DNA from: Pseudomonadota bacterium
GTDB taxonomy: Bacteria; Desulfobacterota; Binatia; Binatales; Binataceae
Assembly: GCA_021324855.1 (NCBI GenBank)
Contig: JAJPIG010000011.1
Coordinates: 130,877-194,876 of the forward strand
Direction: 5' to 3'
DNA: 64,000 bases
In this document: piece by piece, positions 61,424 through 64,000 of the stretch
How positions within the stretch are numbered: position 1 is the stretch's first letter
How the letters are laid out: every line of letters starts with the position of its first letter
Made by a program: the position numbers and the translations under genes
Notes under the pieces: generated by a model
Database searches by the model: none
What the model was told of the DNA's origin: nothing
What the model saw: only the letters and a program-made list of their open reading frames with translations

Positions 61424-62551
61424 ATGGAACTTTCGATCGATCGGACTTCATTGCTGAATGGACTTGCGCTGGTCCAGGGCATCGTCGAACGTCGCAACAC
61501 GGTTCCGATTCTCGGTCATGTAATGCTCGAAGCGGAAAACGGCAGCCTGAATCTGTCGGCGACTGATCTCGAAGTGGGGGTGCGCACGGCGCTTGCATGC
61601 CGATCGAACGGCGGCGGAACGATCACCCTTAATGCGCGAAAAATTTTCGAAATCGTGCGCGAAGCCGGCGGCGAGGAAGTCAAACTTAAGTCCCTGGAAA
61701 ATGATTGGGTCGAGCTTCGATGCGGCCGCGCGCGGTTCATGATGATGGGGCTCGATCCGCGCAGCTTCCCAGCCATGCCTCACAAGACCGAGGCGAAATC
61801 CGATAAGACCGTAAAGGCCGAGATTTCGGTCGCTCCGGGACTGCTGGCAACGATGATCGACAAGACCATCTTCGCCGTCAGCCCCGACGAAGCGCGCTAC
61901 AACCTGACGGGCGTTTACATCGAATCGCCGGCGCCGGGTTCGGCGCGGATGGTCGCAACGGACGGTCATCGGCTCGCGATGATCGATCGCGAAGTGAGCG
62001 GCTTCTCGATGCAAGGGGGGGTCATCATTCCACGCAAGGGGCTGGTCGAGCTGCGGCGTCTCCTCGATCGCACCGAAGAGGGCGACGTTCAAATCCAAAT
62101 CGACAATCAAATCGCATACATCAAGCGATCATCAACCGAGGTCTCGATGCGCCTGGTGGAGGGCGAATTTCCGGATTACAAAGGCGTCATTCCAAAGCAA
62201 AGCCGCTATCAGATCGGGGTCGAGCGCGACACGCTGACGGCAGCGATAAAGCGCGCGGCGATCTTCTCGAACGAACGATACCACGGCGTTAAGCTCGGAC
62301 TCTCAGCCGCAACGCTGACGGTTTCATCGACTAGCCCCGAGATGGGCGAGGCGAGCGAGACCATCGATGTCGATTTCAAAGGCGAAGAATTCGCGATCGG
62401 TTTTAACGCCACTTATCTGCTGCAAATGCTGGGCGTGGTCGAATCCGGCAGTGACGTGGTGCTTGGGTTGACTGACGAAGTAAGTCCGGGCGTCATCACG
62501 ACGCCGTCGGACAGCCAGTTCACGTACGTCGTGATGCCGATGCGGCTCTGA
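61424..62551 (+). CDS. dnaN: DNA polymerase III beta clamp
   Basis: ATDLE, VATDGHRL, GEFPDY, terminal VMPMRL. Confidence 0.98.
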   Translation: MELSIDRTSLLNGLALVQGIVERRNTVPILGHVMLEAENGSLNLSATDLEVGVRTALACRSNGGGTITLNARKIFEIVREAGGEEVKLKSLENDWVELRCGRARFMMMGLDPRSFPAMPHKTEAKSDKTVKAEISVAPGLLATMIDKTIFAVSPDEARYNLTGVYIESPAPGSARMVATDGHRLAMIDREVSGFSMQGGVIIPRKGLVELRRLLDRTEEGDVQIQIDNQIAYIKRSSTEVSMRLVEGEFPDYKGVIPKQSRYQIGVERDTLTAAIKRAAIFSNERYHGVKLGLSAATLTVSSTSPEMGEASETIDVDFKGEEFAIGFNATYLLQMLGVVESGSDVVLGLTDEVSPGVITTPSDSQFTYVVMPMRL

Positions 62552-62555
62552 CAGC

Positions 62556-64000
62556 TCAGCCCGGATTTTTGGGCTTAAGTCTTACGAGCACGACTGCATC
62601 GCGAATTCCGCGTTGTCCCTGCCACGGGAATGATTCCTCGCGCGCGACGACCGAACCGTCGAGCTTGAGCTTCTGAAGGTCGCGTTCCCTGACCATCACC
62701 CACCGTACCCGGCCTTTGTCAATTGCATGATGCAACGTGTCGGGATCGAGGAATAGCGGATGGGTCATGAATGGCTCTATATAGAAGAAGCTTTCGAGAT
62801 TGTTGTAGTAGGCGAGCGAATTTAGCTGCGGTCCGACGGCCTTCATCACTACGGCAGCGAATGGCCTCTCACCGCGGTACGCCTCCGCCGCCGGCATCGC
62901 AAAAATATAGAGGTAAACCATCGAAAGATAGGCGATAATCCCGACCGAAACGCCGATTCGCATCGGCGTCATTTTCTTGAGGGCGTAAATCGCGCCGATG
63001 ACCGAAGCGACCCAAGCGAGCGCGTAAATCGCAGGCTCAGGCAGCATCGGCAATTGATCGAGCGGCCGCGGCATTATCCACGAAGGCGGAAAAAGCGCGA
63101 CAAATCCAAGCATTGTCGCGATGGAGAGAATCCAATAGCCGACCTTCGTCAGCCACGATGCAACGCTATCGAGCGATTCGGCGGACTGGGTCACAAAACG
63201 CGCGACGATCATCGCAGCAGCGGGCAGAATCGGCACCAAGTAATAGCTGCGCCGCGAGCCGGACAACGTAAAAAAAACGAAAGTGGTCCAAAAATAGACC
63301 ATCGCGAAGCGATCGCCCTCCGCTTCCTTCGCCGTGTTGGCGGGCACGCGATGGATCTGCGCCAGCGCGCCGGGGAGAAGCACCGACCACGGCGCCATCA
63401 GCAGGAAGATGACGTAGACGTACAGGTAGATAGGCCCGCGATGGTCGAAAGGCTCGAAGTATCGAAGGACATTCTCTCGATAGACCAGGTAAAGCCCGCG
63501 ATCTGAATGCATCAAGCGGTTCGAGATCACGAATGGAGTAGCGTAAAACGCGATTCCGATTAGCGCAGCCGGGATCGTCGTCCAGTTGAACAACCAGCGG
63601 TTGCGCTCGACCAGCCATTTGAAACGTCGTGCGACACTGCCGTGCAATAGACCGCCACACAGATCGCTCGCCCCGTACCGACAGCAGCAATAGACGCCGA
63701 TTACCATGATCGGCAGGACGAAGCCGAGCAATCCCTTCATGTGTGACGTCAGCGCCATCACCAGCCACAACGCGAGGAGCCACCATCCGCCGCCCCGTTC
63801 CTCGTTGTGCAAGAAAAGGGCGAGTGCGATCAGTTCGCCAGTGACAGTTTCGACATCAGCGGACGCGTGACGCGAGAAAAAAACAAAACTGTAGCTAGTC
63901 GCGAGGATGAAGCCGCTCCATGCGGCATTACGCCAGTCGTAAAGCCGACTCACGATGAGCATCAGGGTGGCGACGCCGATCAAACCTGCAATCGCGCATG
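62556..64000 (-). CDS. ArnT-like GT-C membrane glycosyltransferase (5' end beyond the window)
   Basis: Many TM helices; MKG, FDH, PW and RRSYYLVP motifs. Confidence 0.85.
   Translation of the reverse strand, partial: CAIAGLIGVATLMLIVSRLYDWRNAAWSGFILATSYSFVFFSRHASADVETVTGELIALALFLHNEERGGGWWLLALWLVMALTSHMKGLLGFVLPIMVIGVYCCCRYGASDLCGGLLHGSVARRFKWLVERNRWLFNWTTIPAALIGIAFYATPFVISNRLMHSDRGLYLVYRENVLRYFEPFDHRGPIYLYVYVIFLLMAPWSVLLPGALAQIHRVPANTAKEAEGDRFAMVYFWTTFVFFTLSGSRRSYYLVPILPAAAMIVARFVTQSAESLDSVASWLTKVGYWILSIATMLGFVALFPPSWIMPRPLDQLPMLPEPAIYALAWVASVIGAIYALKKMTPMRIGVSVGIIAYLSMVYLYIFAMPAAEAYRGERPFAAVVMKAVGPQLNSLAYYNNLESFFYIEPFMTHPLFLDPDTLHHAIDKGRVRWVMVRERDLQKLKLDGSVVAREESFPWQGQRGIRDAVVLVRLKPKNPG

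Overview
GC-rich bacterial chromosome segment spanning the replication origin. The organism is inferred to be deltaproteobacteria-like, possibly Candidatus Binatota, from the split atp operon and the many LLM/MaoC/thiolase/Tad genes; this was not verified. The right half is housekeeping but rearranged: jag-yidC-yidD-rnpA-rpmH (minus), mnmE-mnmG-rsmG-parA-parB (plus, two parS sites), mutS2, fumC, atpZ/I/B/E, hemL, and dnaA-dnaN with DnaA boxes on both sides of dnaA. The left half holds metabolic genes (gltA, a thiolase-like/DUF35/MaoC/PHP operon, queE, Tad pseudopilins) and two accessory islets. The most striking feature is at 10.9-14.5 kb: a polymorphic-toxin-like cassette array. It has a collapsed signal-peptide/YD-repeat leader gene and four copies of a conserved 'pre-tip' segment. 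Three copies carry a different ~97-aa cysteine-rich tip, each followed by an AT-richer membrane or exported partner gene that I could not assign to a known family. Other points of interest: a membrane metallophosphoesterase-GAF fusion with an uncalled 59-aa neighbour beside a broken C5 methyltransferase, a possible Thermus-like rnpA/rpmH gene-in-gene overlap, and a QueE with a Cx16Cx3C motif. No tRNA, rRNA, CRISPR array, integrase or transposase was recognised. All family calls come from motif recognition by eye; no searches were run.
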